DNA from: Nostoc punctiforme PCC 73102
GTDB lineage: Bacteria > Cyanobacteriota > Cyanobacteriia > Cyanobacteriales > Nostocaceae
Direction: 5' to 3'
NCBI RefSeq assembly: GCF_000020025.1
Contig: NC_010628.1
Location: 2,850,001-2,882,000, forward strand
Length of the DNA: 32,000 nt
Part shown: piece after piece, positions 21,337 to 31,761 of the stretch
How positions within the stretch are numbered: the stretch's first letter is position 1
Layout of the letters: every line of letters starts with the position of its first letter
Made by a program: the position numbers and the translations under genes
Notes under the pieces: model-generated
Database searches by the model: none
What the model was told of the DNA's origin: nothing
The model's input: the letters and a program-made list of their open reading frames with translations, nothing else

Positions 21337-23477
21337 CTATTCAAGTTTATTTAAATTCAAAAATTTAATTACTCCTGGCATATCTAGCAAATAATTGCTA
21401 ACCATCTCTAGAGAATACGCTTCTAGCAACGCCCTCTGAAACTTACTTAGACGATATTCTGGTAATTGCGAAAGAATGAAGCGCTGGGTAGCTGAATTTT
21501 CCCAAAAGGCAGGAGTACTCATCTGAGCGATCGCTAAACTTAAAGTTGCATAACCAACACTATCGCCTTCAATTTTTAACTTGAAGTTGTCAGAGGTAAT
21601 CTTCCAATCATGGTGAAATTGCAGACCGTATTTGAGGGTGTGATTAATTTGTCCACCTGCGAAAGTCCACCACAGCGCCCGATCTGTTTCTAATTGGATG
21701 CTTGATTGAACTTCTGTTATTAATGGCCTGAGATCAGAACGGTACTCATCTAACACAACTTGCGTCTTAGCATCAATGTAAGGAATAGTACTTTCTGATT
21801 GCAATATTTCCGCAATTTGCTGACAAAGTTCAAAGCCTAGTAGCTGTGGGGCAAAGCCACCCCAGCTTGGTTTTTTACCACGGGGGGCTGGAACAACTCC
21901 AACTGTGCGTTCCTCATGGCTAACGTGCATGACTGTCCAAGCCCGACCGCCGAGAAGAAATGAACTCATCTGTGCAACTAATTTATCAACAAAAGCTTGC
22001 TCTAGAGAGCCTACAGTGTAACCTGCTGGTGTTTGAACTTTATAGAGAACTGGGCTACTAAAAACAGCGTAGAGTTCCATGAAGTTTTTACGCCCAAACA
22101 CTCGTTCTGCTTTTTCTCCCATTGACAGTAGCCCACCAGCTAGAAACAGGAAATCCTCCTGAATCATGTGTTTGATAAGTATTTCAAATTCTGAGTGGGT
22201 TATGCCTGAAAAATCAGGAACTACTGAAAGTTGCCCCCAGCAGAGTTCTGGGCTAATGCCACCAAATTGTAGGGTAAGTGCTAATAGCTGATGTACAAGT
22301 ACGGGCCATGCGCGTGTCTGAGTAGGTATAGATTCGACCCAGCCTTTCCTAGCTAGTTCAATGATGGCGATCGCTTGCAAAACTGTCTCTACATTTTCAC
22401 AGAAAAATGTAGTATTAGCTTGTTGCCCTGTTCTTCGTCCAGTGCGGCCCAAGCGCTGGAGGAAAGATGAGACAGTAGAAGGGGCATTAGCTTGCAATAC
22501 TAAATCGAGATCGCCAACATCGATACCCAACTCTAGAGTGGAGGTACAAATAATGCTGGCATTTGTCCCTCTATGAAAACGGTCTTCTGCGGCTGTTCGT
22601 TCTTCTAGGGAGACAGAACTATGGTGGACAAAGACATCTGTACCTCGGTTACGCATCCGTTCGGCAATTTCTTCAGCCAAAGACCGACTTTGGCAAAAAA
22701 ACAGGCTTTTCTTGCTCTGCGTTATCTGGCTGGCATCTTGAGCGATCGCGCCTAGCGTATCACGCAGATAAACGCGCAAATCCTTTTTCGAGGGAACTTT
22801 GGGCGGATTGACTACGCAACCTGGACGTTTTGATGTACCTTGGAGCCAATGCAAAATATCTACCGGATTACCAACGGTGGCACTAAGTCCAACGCGCTGC
22901 ACATCATTATTGGTGTAACGAACTAGCCGTTCCATAACGGACATGAGATGGGCACCTCGGTCTGTACCAGCTAGAGCATGAACTTCATCAATTATTAAAG
23001 CACGCATATCGCCAATATTAAAGCACGCATATCGCCAAAGATTTTTGTGTGGGGGACTTTGGCGGATAGCAGCATTACCTCTAATGACTCAGGAGTGGTC
23101 ATCAATAGTGCTGTCGGCTCTTTAATAAAGGCACGCTTTTCCTTATCTTTAATATCCCCATGCCAAAGAAAGCGCCTTAGACCTACCATTTCGGTGTAAT
23201 GCCCCAAACGTTCAGCTTGATTATTCAACAAAGCTTTAATTGGTGCAACATATATAAGTCCAACTCCTTCAGGTTCGCGTTCCATTAACGTTGCTAATAA
23301 TGGAAATATAGAAGCTTCCGTTTTGCCACCAGCTGTAGGGGCTAGAACAATTGCATTATTACCGTCGAGCAGTGTATGTCCTGCCAGTTCTTGGACAGGA
23401 CGCAGAGAAGACCACCCTAAGTTGGAGACAATAGCGGCTTGCAGACGGGGAGGAAAGCGAGCAAAGGCTGAAGTCAT
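21337..23477 (-). pseudogene. brxHI: BREX helicase BrxHI (Lhr-like DEAD/DEAH-box SF2 helicase) split by a 23-bp tandem duplication
   Basis: The N-terminal fragment (22995-23477) carries motif I VLAPTAGGKTEA. The C-terminal fragment (21337-23007) carries DEVH, GLSATVGN and QRLGRTGRR. Removing one repeat copy gives a continuous ...KIFGDMRALIIDEVHALAG... protein of about 705 aa. Its start lies 2 nt after the brxD stop. Confidence 0.85.
22993..23038. repeat. Perfect 23-bp tandem duplication
   Basis: TATTAAAGCACGCATATCGCCAA occurs at 22993-23015 and again at 23016-23038, 23/23 identical and directly adjacent. Confidence 0.95.
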
Positions 23478-23479
23478 GG

Positions 23480-24799
23480 CTAGAACTCCACGGCTGCGTA
23501 ACCTTGGATATCCGCAGGATCTTCGTCAAAATAAGTACGACCTTCACGGATGAGCAATTCTACTTCATTTAAATCTGTGGGTTCAAAACCTTCTGCGCTC
23601 ATCGGGTCAAATTCATCATTTTCTGATGCTAAATCAAGGATGTTGACAAACTGGCGCAGAAATTGTCGAGGAACTACTCCCACGTCTCCCTTAAAGCCAG
23701 CAGTAACTTTGGCAACTAGCCGTTCAATAAATTCGAAAGTGACTTTATTGACAATTCCAGTCCGATTGGCTGTGGGGAAAATTTCTCGCAATTTGAGTGC
23801 CACCTCTTTTAGACGGCGTGCATCAAAGGGTTTGAGTTCTAACTGGGGTTGGCGGGGGTTTGCAAAGCCAGCAAGAGTCAGAAATTGGATACGGTCATGC
23901 AGAGGTTCTAGTCCAGCAACTCCGCGTTTAGTATCAAAAAATTCAGGTGTCCCCGTATAAATCCATAACAATCCTCTGTAACGGTCGGCGGCATCACAGA
24001 TTTGGCGAATTCCATTTAAAGATTTACCTCGACTATCATGCCGCATTCGCAGTACTGTTTCTACTTCATCAATGACAATAACCAGTCCCTTGTAGCCTGC
24101 GGCTTTGACAATTTCGAGAATACCGTGCAGGTAGTCTAGGGCATCTCGGCTAGCAATATCTCCCTTAATGCCTGCGGCTTTTTTAGCGGTAGCAGCCACA
24201 TTTTCACTACCAGCTAGCCAAGAAAGCAAGGCGCTGGCTTCAGCAATTTCACCTTTCTGCTTAAAAGTAAAAATAGCACGGAGAACTCGTGCCATATCTT
24301 CTGGAGCTTTACCGCCCGTGAGAGAAGCAAGTTCTTCTTCTATGCGTTGCTGTACTAAAGTATCGAACTCGTCGCTGTTTTCATCTGCCCCGCCAGCAAT
24401 CAGTGCATCTTCCACACGCGCAATCCAGCGATCGATAATATCGCTTAAAGCACCTCTAGGACAAGAACTAGTTCCCAATTCCTGAACGACTTTGCGATAA
24501 ACATCATCGAATTTGTAAAAGTGCAAATCGTTATCAGAAACGACAACAAAACTGGTGGCAAAGCCTTGAGCTTGGGCATCAAGGATGGCCAGACGGGACA
24601 TAAAAGTTTTACCACAGCCGTAGCCACCGCGTAAAAACTTGAAGACACCTTCGCTATTAGCTGCTAGTTGGAATTGGCGATGAATTTCTGTTCGCTGTTT
24701 GTCAATACCGACAGCAAAGGCTTCTAACCCTCGTTCTGGAACAACACCGGAGCGAAGACGCTCAAAAATATGTTCAATATCTCGTTCACTGATTGCCAT
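23480..24799 (-). CDS. brxD: BREX ATP-binding protein BrxD (DUF2791-type P-loop ATPase)
   Basis: 439 aa with P-loop LRGGYGCGKTFMSRL and Walker B GLVIVIDEVETV. Its position between pglZ and the Lhr-like helicase matches BrxD in type 2/6 BREX. Confidence 0.85.
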   Translation of the reverse strand: MAISERDIEHIFERLRSGVVPERGLEAFAVGIDKQRTEIHRQFQLAANSEGVFKFLRGGYGCGKTFMSRLAILDAQAQGFATSFVVVSDNDLHFYKFDDVYRKVVQELGTSSCPRGALSDIIDRWIARVEDALIAGGADENSDEFDTLVQQRIEEELASLTGGKAPEDMARVLRAIFTFKQKGEIAEASALLSWLAGSENVAATAKKAAGIKGDIASRDALDYLHGILEIVKAAGYKGLVIVIDEVETVLRMRHDSRGKSLNGIRQICDAADRYRGLLWIYTGTPEFFDTKRGVAGLEPLHDRIQFLTLAGFANPRQPQLELKPFDARRLKEVALKLREIFPTANRTGIVNKVTFEFIERLVAKVTAGFKGDVGVVPRQFLRQFVNILDLASENDEFDPMSAEGFEPTDLNEVELLIREGRTYFDEDPADIQGYAAVEF

Positions 24800-24841
24800 A
24801 GTTGATTTTAATTAATACGTTTACTTTTATACATTAATCTG

Positions 24842-27694
24842 TTAATTTTGCTTGACATAGCGTTTACCATTACTGGTTGTTTCAATCCTGACTGAGAAAG
24901 GAACCTTCTTCAGGTGTTCCTCAAAATCTAAGGAGAAACGTCGCACCAGTCTGGCTGAACCAAGGATTTGGTTTAGTTCAGGTTCTGTAATCGAGCCGTG
25001 TTGCTGGAGGTGGAAGAACACACGCCGAACGGTTTCATCCTCGAAACTATCTTGCCAGTCAGTATTTTTGGGTAATTCGGTAGCGGTAGAAACCTCACCC
25101 TGGAATGAGCCAGAGACATTGAAATAAGTTTGAGGAACTATTGACTCTACATCTTCAACATTATCTGGGTGATAAATTTCCAGACGGACACGCTCATCTC
25201 GCTGTCCCTTGAGGTCAAAAAGCACCTCAATCCAATCTCCTTCGACGGCAATTTGGAGTTGCTGATTTTTGACTTCTGCACCAGGGGCATCCTTAATCGT
25301 AACTTGGATATCAGGTCGCTCTGGCACGCGCAAAGCGACATTAATTTCCCTGGCTCCCACAAAACTGAGAACGCCTTGGGCAACAGGCGCGGGCTTAACC
25401 CTAACCCGAATTCGGCTACAGTCTAAAATATTTGGCTCTGGTTTGGCTTCGATGAGATATTTCACCATTGCCAAATGAGACTGATGACGATGGGATACTG
25501 TTAGTACAGGAATAACTCGCTCTTGAAGGCTATTCCCACCATGTACAAAGGTAGCACCAGGATTGCCAGTGGCAAAAACAGCAGTATCTTTACGGAATAG
25601 TAAGTAACCTTCTTGTCCTTCATATTTGAGGGCATTTAAAGAAACTGTTACCATTCCTTCTTCGGAGCGAGATTCTTTGGCAAGGATATAACGGCGATTG
25701 GAGTCACGATAGGGTTTTTCTTGGGTGGTTTGGTCTTGTAGGAGAAATCCGTGGTCAGCAGTGAATATAAACTCATTTATACCAATACTTTTGAGGTGGT
25801 TCCAGGCTGACTTGATTTGTTGCAGCCAGGTTTCAAAGGTTGCTAAACCTACATTAGCTTCGCCTGCATCGTCAATTTCTCTACTGTGAACAACAACAAG
25901 ATTGGTATTAGCGCAGCTTTGTTTGAGGCTGGTGGTTGACCAATTGCAGACCTCTGCTAGAGTCAGACCCCGAACTTTTCTACGACCTGCACTGATATTA
26001 TCAATACTCTTCTCACTCATTGCCCGAACTCGTTCATCAGGCTTTCGCACAGTATACTCACCTGTTTTAAAACCTTTGAAACCATCACTACCCGCTAATA
26101 CTACCCGACCATTTTGGTTAACGGGGGCAAGGATGTTCATCCCGACAGCAGTGATGCTGGGTAATTCGGCATATCTCCCTTTCAACGTTACGGTAGTACC
26201 AGCCCCTTCAAATTCTTGGATAAGTTCTGTTGCCATTTCGTAGCGGAAGGCATCAATCAGAAAGTAAGCAACTTTTTTATTACCTTGGGTGAGGGGGTGT
26301 ACTACTTGCTCGTAGAGAGTGCGTTGCTGAAGCCCATCATCGGGTAAAAAGCTTTCTGTGGTGCAGATGACGGCAAAATCTTGTGCCAGGGTATCAGCCC
26401 AATTGCGATACTGAAAACGAAGTTTATCGGCAGCTTCTAGGAGTTGGGCGAAGTGGGGTAAGGTGGGTTCTAGGAGTTTTAACCTCTGCTGCTCAAAACG
26501 GCGATGTGCTTTGTCTACTTCAGAGCCAGTTTGTGTATAGTATTCTAAAGCTTCTCTGAGGGTTTGTTTGCCCTGAAGCTGCCCTGAACCTTGAATCATG
26601 TAACCCAAAGTGGCTGCATCTTTGATTAATGACCATTCTAATCTGCGAGTGCGATCGCGTTCTAGCCAAAATGAAGCAGACTCGGTGTGAGATTGTGACC
26701 AGTGTAAGGCTTTCTGAAATTCCCCAGTCAGCAGTGCTTCTACAGCACCCTGTAAAATGGCTGTTTCTTCCCACTGGAAGGTTTCAAATTGTCCTAAGTC
26801 TTCGGGGCTAATTTGATTAAGTTCTTGTTCTAGATGGGATTCTACAATTGCTGCTTTGGCTGCATAAATATCTGGATGGCGTTTTCGCAGATATTCAACA
26901 AGTTGCTTGCAGGTCTTTCGCAAGGGTAGAGAAAGTTGGGCCAGGGGTTGAAGTGCATCAAGATGAGGTGGGCGAGTGAGGTCATGGACATATTCAACGC
27001 ACATCAGCCAAGCAGCAAATGTTTCGCCCAGGTCGAGGAAAGATAGGGGTGTGTCGCCGTGAAAAAAGCACACAAAGGCTGTGTTCATCCCTGTGTGGCG
27101 GTAGAGATGTTCTGTTAAGGTGTTGAGAGCGGTTTGGTCGCTGATTCTCGATTGCAGTACTTTGTCTTCGCCCAGGATACCGTCTACAATCCACTCTAAA
27201 CTCAGACTTGTTAAATAAGCTGCTAGTCCGTCCTGGGGTTGGGAAAGGTTATTTTGCAGCCACTCCTCGGCAGATTGTAAGTCAGTGATGCCATTGTTAA
27301 GGTAGTTTTCGATACTAGCAGGGTTAACGTGGCCTGTAACTGCTTCCCGAATCAATGTGTCAAAGGCTTTGCGGAAACGGTAGCCGGCGCGGTAAAGTTC
27401 CAGAATAGGAGTTTTGCGGATAGTTTCTTCCGTATGACCGGGCATGTGAATTAACAACGGTTCGGGGTCAAGTCCATTGCCATAAGTTTCGAGGGCAAGT
27501 ACCATCTCTAAGTAACTGCCGCGAAAGGCAACGACTGGGGCAAAAAAGTCACCACGGTTATAGCGGGCGATTAACTCATCAACATAACTGTTGTAGTACC
27601 CGTCTTTATCTAGCCAAATAACGATACCGCGTTGACGCAGTTCTCGCTTCAGTTCTGCTTCTAAAACTGTGGTAATTGGACTTAATTGACTCAT
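24842..27694 (-). CDS. pglZ: BREX alkaline-phosphatase-superfamily protein PglZ
   Basis: 950 aa. The PglZ-domain core reads AYFLIDAFRYEMATEL ... SITAVGMNILAP ... FIFTADHGFLL. Its start overlaps the pglX stop (ATGA at 27691-27694), which suggests translational coupling. Confidence 0.9.
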   Translation of the reverse strand: MSQLSPITTVLEAELKRELRQRGIVIWLDKDGYYNSYVDELIARYNRGDFFAPVVAFRGSYLEMVLALETYGNGLDPEPLLIHMPGHTEETIRKTPILELYRAGYRFRKAFDTLIREAVTGHVNPASIENYLNNGITDLQSAEEWLQNNLSQPQDGLAAYLTSLSLEWIVDGILGEDKVLQSRISDQTALNTLTEHLYRHTGMNTAFVCFFHGDTPLSFLDLGETFAAWLMCVEYVHDLTRPPHLDALQPLAQLSLPLRKTCKQLVEYLRKRHPDIYAAKAAIVESHLEQELNQISPEDLGQFETFQWEETAILQGAVEALLTGEFQKALHWSQSHTESASFWLERDRTRRLEWSLIKDAATLGYMIQGSGQLQGKQTLREALEYYTQTGSEVDKAHRRFEQQRLKLLEPTLPHFAQLLEAADKLRFQYRNWADTLAQDFAVICTTESFLPDDGLQQRTLYEQVVHPLTQGNKKVAYFLIDAFRYEMATELIQEFEGAGTTVTLKGRYAELPSITAVGMNILAPVNQNGRVVLAGSDGFKGFKTGEYTVRKPDERVRAMSEKSIDNISAGRRKVRGLTLAEVCNWSTTSLKQSCANTNLVVVHSREIDDAGEANVGLATFETWLQQIKSAWNHLKSIGINEFIFTADHGFLLQDQTTQEKPYRDSNRRYILAKESRSEEGMVTVSLNALKYEGQEGYLLFRKDTAVFATGNPGATFVHGGNSLQERVIPVLTVSHRHQSHLAMVKYLIEAKPEPNILDCSRIRVRVKPAPVAQGVLSFVGAREINVALRVPERPDIQVTIKDAPGAEVKNQQLQIAVEGDWIEVLFDLKGQRDERVRLEIYHPDNVEDVESIVPQTYFNVSGSFQGEVSTATELPKNTDWQDSFEDETVRRVFFHLQQHGSITEPELNQILGSARLVRRFSLDFEEHLKKVPFSVRIETTSNGKRYVKQN

Positions 27695-30600
27695 GCGGCT
27701 TCCTCCTCTTCTTGCTCAAACAGAGGGCCGAAATCTTCTTCTTGGGTTTCTTCTTTTTTGCGTTTGCGTTCCCGTCGCTTCTCTTCTTTTTCGATAATTT
27801 CTTGCACTAGCTGAGGATTTTCTTTAGCAAAGGCTTGGCGCAGACTATCAGAATTTTGTTCATCAATAGTGAAATCCTCAGAAATTTCATCTTGCAAGCG
27901 CAGTTCCCACTCGTAAGCTTTAGCTGGGTGATATTTCCAAAAGCAACTGTGGGCAATAGCTAGGGAAGGATCTAGTTTGCATTTACCCTCAACCCGTTGG
28001 GGAAAATAACGGGCGGCTAAATGTGACCAGTCATAATCTTTTTTACCTTGGGCGTTGCAGAGTTCTAACCACCATTTTTTGGGTTGGTTCCACTGGGGTT
28101 CGAGTAAAGGCCAGAGGGCTGCACTATTGACCATCACACCGTCATCCAAAGCCATTTTGAAACGGGCATCAACTTCGCGCTTAATATCTTTTGCATTGGC
28201 TGGGGGTGGCCCTTGTTCCGCGCACTGTCTCACTAGGTTGATAAATGCTTTGAGTTCTTCGTGGAGTTTTTGTACTTCGCTGTAGTGTTCTTCAGCTTTT
28301 GCTTGTGTTTTTTTATCGCCTTGATGTCTGGCTGTGGTCAGGTCGTTGAGTTCGCCTTCTAGTTGGCTGAGTTCGGGGATGAGGTAATCTGCTAATAAAG
28401 TTTGCAATGTGTTATCAGCCCAGCGATGAATGCTGATAAAAGCAACAAAATTTTTCCGTTGGGATGAAAGGGGAAAGTAAATTGGGCGGCTTTCGTACAT
28501 TCCTAAGTGAACATCTTTAAAGAAGGATAACCGCAACCATTTGCGAAGTTGGGTTCCTTTGGCAATAATTGAACCGTACTCGTGCCAAGTTTCTTGGATG
28601 GGTTTACAGCTTGGGTGTTCTAAACTGTCTTTTTCAGAATAGGCGGAAAGATAAAGGATACCTTCGCCATTTGTGCCAAATCGCCCTAATGCTACGCCAA
28701 TAGCATAGGAAACGAAATTGGTTGGGAGTGGTTCTTCGTAGACAGGTTTGTAGTTTGGTAAAGGTGTGCCAGGTTCACGGTCTACTGCTGTTTGCGCCCA
28801 TTCTTGGGCATAGTTCCAAGCTGATGTACCTGGTTTTTTGAATTCTACTGAGGTTTCGCGAGCGGCTTCGTGTTCAGTGAAGGCTGTGTCAAGTTGGGCG
28901 AAGATTTCGTCTGCTGATTCGATGGGGAAAAGGGGAAGGCGTTTTGCATCTCCGACCTGAAAACTAATGCTAGGGTTTAATGCAATCAGTACATTACGGG
29001 CAATTTTAGAATTCATCAAACATACTGTGTTGCTTGTAATGTTTGGGAAAACTGATTGACCTTTTACATCAAACACACTTTTAAATCTATGAAATCTTGC
29101 TGCAAAAATACTACCTGTAGATGTGAATGCAACTCCTGCTCGGAAGTAATACTGTTCATTTTGAGGTCGTGAAGTTTGTTCTCCACCACGCTCCATTAAC
29201 TTTACAGCCAGTGCATTTGGTTCCCAAAGTAAAACATCTGTAAGTGGTTCAAACCAAACTTTACCAGCAGCACCCTTGATATAAGGAACCCATTTATTTC
29301 GAGGAAGGCTCAAAAGAGGAATATTTGTAGCACAAATTAAGAGTTCAGTAAGCTTAATTTCCCAAGGCTGTCGTAAAAAACGGGTATTATTGGCAGTTTG
29401 CATCCCTACTCTGACATCAGTTTCATCTCCCATTTTTGGTGTTTCAGCATAGCATTTGAGAAAATCTTTATCCCACCAATAAACAAGAGGTTTTTCTTTG
29501 ATAACCTCAAAGCGATTGCTCCAAAATTCAAAATGCCCAGCTTGTGATAAAAGTGTTGCCTGTTTCCGTTTTGTTCGCTTTCTATCATAAGAATTTTCAC
29601 CTAGCGGAGTTGCCTGCATTGCTATACTCATTTCTCCGCTAGGTAGCGTATTTAAGAATATGCTCATCATGACAGCAAGAACTTCTGAGTTTTGTACATC
29701 TTCAAAAGCGGCTGTATTTAAATCTCCTATCATTCGCAAATCAGAATTACCCAATAACCATTCTCGAATCTGCGTATATTGTTGAATAAACATCCAATTC
29801 CGCATTGTCAATAACGCAGACACACCCCCAGTTCTTGCTAATTGCAAACCCCGTTCCAAAAAAGCTGCATACAAATCCGCCTTTCCTTTAGGGTAATTCT
29901 TCGTAATATACCCAACATCCGCCATCTTACTCGTCCCCTGATACGGCGGATTGCCAATCACCAAATTATAGCTATTTTCACGTACAAGGCGGATAAATCT
30001 GATACCTGCTGCTAACTGCTCACCCCGCAACCGCAAGCCCAAATCATCGCCACTGGTACACCGCGAGAGAAATTGCTCAAGTTTATCGAGTAAAGAAGCT
30101 TTCGTCTGCTGAAAATTAAAGTCTGGTTTTTGCTCACCAAAGCCTGCAAAAATATTGCCTTGAATCACCTGTTGAAACTGACTTTCGTACTCGCTAATTG
30201 CTGTATCTACCGCAGTGTCTACCTTCAACAGTGTTCCTAAATAATCTGCCCCCTGCAAAGCATATACAATCTGATTTGTCAATTTTTCTGGAATTCCCGT
30301 CGCTTCCGTCACCTCTCGCCGCAACTCCACCAACGCCGGATCATCTGCTGGTAAAGAACCCAACTGAAGATTAGATGCAACCAAATTTAGATGTTTAGGA
30401 CTTGCTTGTGGAGAAAGTAGCCGCGCCTTCAGTATTAACGCTGCTGCCGCAATTTGTATTGCTCTGGGGTCAATATCAACACCATATAAATTGTTCTCTA
30501 GAATCGACTCAACAATTTGGCGATCGCTCCAATTTTCCCCCCGATGCCTTGCTTCTTCCTGGTAAAGTGTAAATAATAACCCAAAAGCAATTACTAGGAA

Positions 30601-31629
30601 ATGAGCCGAGCCAGTGGCAGGGTCTAAAATTTTGAGCGATCGCACACTCTCTGGTGCATGAGTGACTGCATCTGCGGTTAATGGTTGGGGAACCCAATAT
30701 TTCCAATTTTGTTCAATTCCCGGTTCAATTGGCATTAACGCATCTAACGCTACCTCTTTTTGTTCGCGCTTTTCTCGCCACTCTTTACGCCTTGCTTCCA
30801 AACGAGCTAAAGTTCCATCTGCCTCAACCTCAGCCGTCCAACCGTTCTTTTTGCACATCGCCAGCCACATCTGCCCCAAACTGTTATGGAGTAACCACTC
30901 CACCATGTAACGTTCTGTAAACATTTGGGTTTTGCTGGCAATTTCATGGGGTTCTACCTTCCCGCCCCCATTTAGTTTTGCATCTAGGGCTTCTCGTTCT
31001 GGGTCGTTCCAGTATTGATAAACCCACCCCAAAGTTGTATCATCCAGCCAAACATCCTTTAATTCAGCTGCATCCAAAGCCTCAATTGCTGCTCTCAAGG
31101 TACTGGCTGGAATTGGGAATAGTGCTGTCACTCCGACATTGCCAAACAAACCAGGCAATTCCTGAGCCAGTTCATCGTAGAGTAATTGCAGCAATGTTCC
31201 GTATCCCTCAGTTTCATCCTTGCACAAGTCCGGTGCAAAATCTCGAAACTCCCGATAACCCCGACTCTGCCAACCTCCGGTTAATACAGCAGGTTTAATT
31301 AATCCGTGTGCTTCCATCTGCTTAATTACTATCAGCCGATTGAGCAAGGTTGCAGCTGCGAGCTTGACTGCTGTTTTCAAATGGCGATCGCGTATTTCAT
31401 CTTCTTGTCTCTTACTTTTACCCTGACTACGGGATTGCTCATCCAGCCATTGTTCCAAGCGCTCTCGTTTCACCTGTTGCTCTTCTGCTAATCCCGCCTT
31501 ATTTAAGGTTTTAATTGATAATCGATAGGTGCTTTCTATCGCGTTTTGCAAATCAGTGAGCAAACGTTCTCTTAAAGCACGAATTGTATTTGATAATTTG
31601 GATTTAGCTTCAGGGGTGAGATAGGACAT
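27691..31629 (-). CDS. pglX: BREX N6-adenine DNA methyltransferase PglX
   Basis: 1312 aa. The SAM-binding motif I is [13 protein letters not shown] and the catalytic motif IV is VIGNPPYQG. The long N- and C-terminal extensions are typical of PglX. The tail is highly charged ([21 protein letters not shown]...EEEEAA). Confidence 0.9.
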   Translation of the reverse strand: MSYLTPEAKSKLSNTIRALRERLLTDLQNAIESTYRLSIKTLNKAGLAEEQQVKRERLEQWLDEQSRSQGKSKRQEDEIRDRHLKTAVKLAAATLLNRLIVIKQMEAHGLIKPAVLTGGWQSRGYREFRDFAPDLCKDETEGYGTLLQLLYDELAQELPGLFGNVGVTALFPIPASTLRAAIEALDAAELKDVWLDDTTLGWVYQYWNDPEREALDAKLNGGGKVEPHEIASKTQMFTERYMVEWLLHNSLGQMWLAMCKKNGWTAEVEADGTLARLEARRKEWREKREQKEVALDALMPIEPGIEQNWKYWVPQPLTADAVTHAPESVRSLKILDPATGSAHFLVIAFGLLFTLYQEEARHRGENWSDRQIVESILENNLYGVDIDPRAIQIAAAALILKARLLSPQASPKHLNLVASNLQLGSLPADDPALVELRREVTEATGIPEKLTNQIVYALQGADYLGTLLKVDTAVDTAISEYESQFQQVIQGNIFAGFGEQKPDFNFQQTKASLLDKLEQFLSRCTSGDDLGLRLRGEQLAAGIRFIRLVRENSYNLVIGNPPYQGTSKMADVGYITKNYPKGKADLYAAFLERGLQLARTGGVSALLTMRNWMFIQQYTQIREWLLGNSDLRMIGDLNTAAFEDVQNSEVLAVMMSIFLNTLPSGEMSIAMQATPLGENSYDRKRTKRKQATLLSQAGHFEFWSNRFEVIKEKPLVYWWDKDFLKCYAETPKMGDETDVRVGMQTANNTRFLRQPWEIKLTELLICATNIPLLSLPRNKWVPYIKGAAGKVWFEPLTDVLLWEPNALAVKLMERGGEQTSRPQNEQYYFRAGVAFTSTGSIFAARFHRFKSVFDVKGQSVFPNITSNTVCLMNSKIARNVLIALNPSISFQVGDAKRLPLFPIESADEIFAQLDTAFTEHEAARETSVEFKKPGTSAWNYAQEWAQTAVDREPGTPLPNYKPVYEEPLPTNFVSYAIGVALGRFGTNGEGILYLSAYSEKDSLEHPSCKPIQETWHEYGSIIAKGTQLRKWLRLSFFKDVHLGMYESRPIYFPLSSQRKNFVAFISIHRWADNTLQTLLADYLIPELSQLEGELNDLTTARHQGDKKTQAKAEEHYSEVQKLHEELKAFINLVRQCAEQGPPPANAKDIKREVDARFKMALDDGVMVNSAALWPLLEPQWNQPKKWWLELCNAQGKKDYDWSHLAARYFPQRVEGKCKLDPSLAIAHSCFWKYHPAKAYEWELRLQDEISEDFTIDEQNSDSLRQAFAKENPQLVQEIIEKEEKRRERKRKKEETQEEDFGPLFEQEEEEAA

Positions 31630-31630
31630 T

Positions 31631-31728
31631 AGGAATAGGGAATGGAGAATAGGGAATTGGGGATTGGGGATTGGGGATTGGGAGTTGGGAGTTGGGAGTT
31701 GGGAGTTGGGAGTTAGGGATTGGGAGTT
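31631..31728. repeat. STRR-type array of 14 tandem heptamers
   Basis: AGGAATA GGGAATG GAGAATA GGGAATT (GGGGATT)x3 (GGGAGTT)x5 AGGGATT GGGAGTT. The array starts 1 nt upstream of the pglX start codon (31627-31629, minus strand). It fills most of the 132-nt spacer to the upstream gene. Confidence 0.9.
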
Positions 31729-31761
31729 GAGTATTTATGCTTCTTATTCCCCATGCCCCAT

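Noticed and set aside
23550-23960. A 136-aa plus-strand ORF, with similar long ORFs at 24168-24485, 25902-26243, 28055-28285 and 30978-31298.
   Set aside because: All are antisense to brxD, pglZ or pglX, which have clear motifs. Their translations are low-complexity (Ser/Arg/Pro-rich) and carry no recognisable motifs. They are shadow ORFs.
21337-31629. Classifying the BREX locus as type 1 or type 2.
   Set aside because: No brxL (Lon-like) gene follows pglZ, as type 1 requires. No pglY lies between pglX and pglZ, and no pglW kinase is visible, as type 2 requires. The presence of brxD plus brxHI with adjacent pglX-pglZ fits type 6 best, pending the upstream sequence.
31631-31728. Are the heptamer arrays (also 7472-7505, 7866-7900 and 18925-18964) a CRISPR array or a minisatellite-encoded peptide?
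   Set aside because: The units are 7 nt with no spacers, so they are not CRISPR. They lie outside the supported ORFs, apart from the last codons of the four-helix-bundle gene. They match the STRR class known from heterocystous cyanobacteria.
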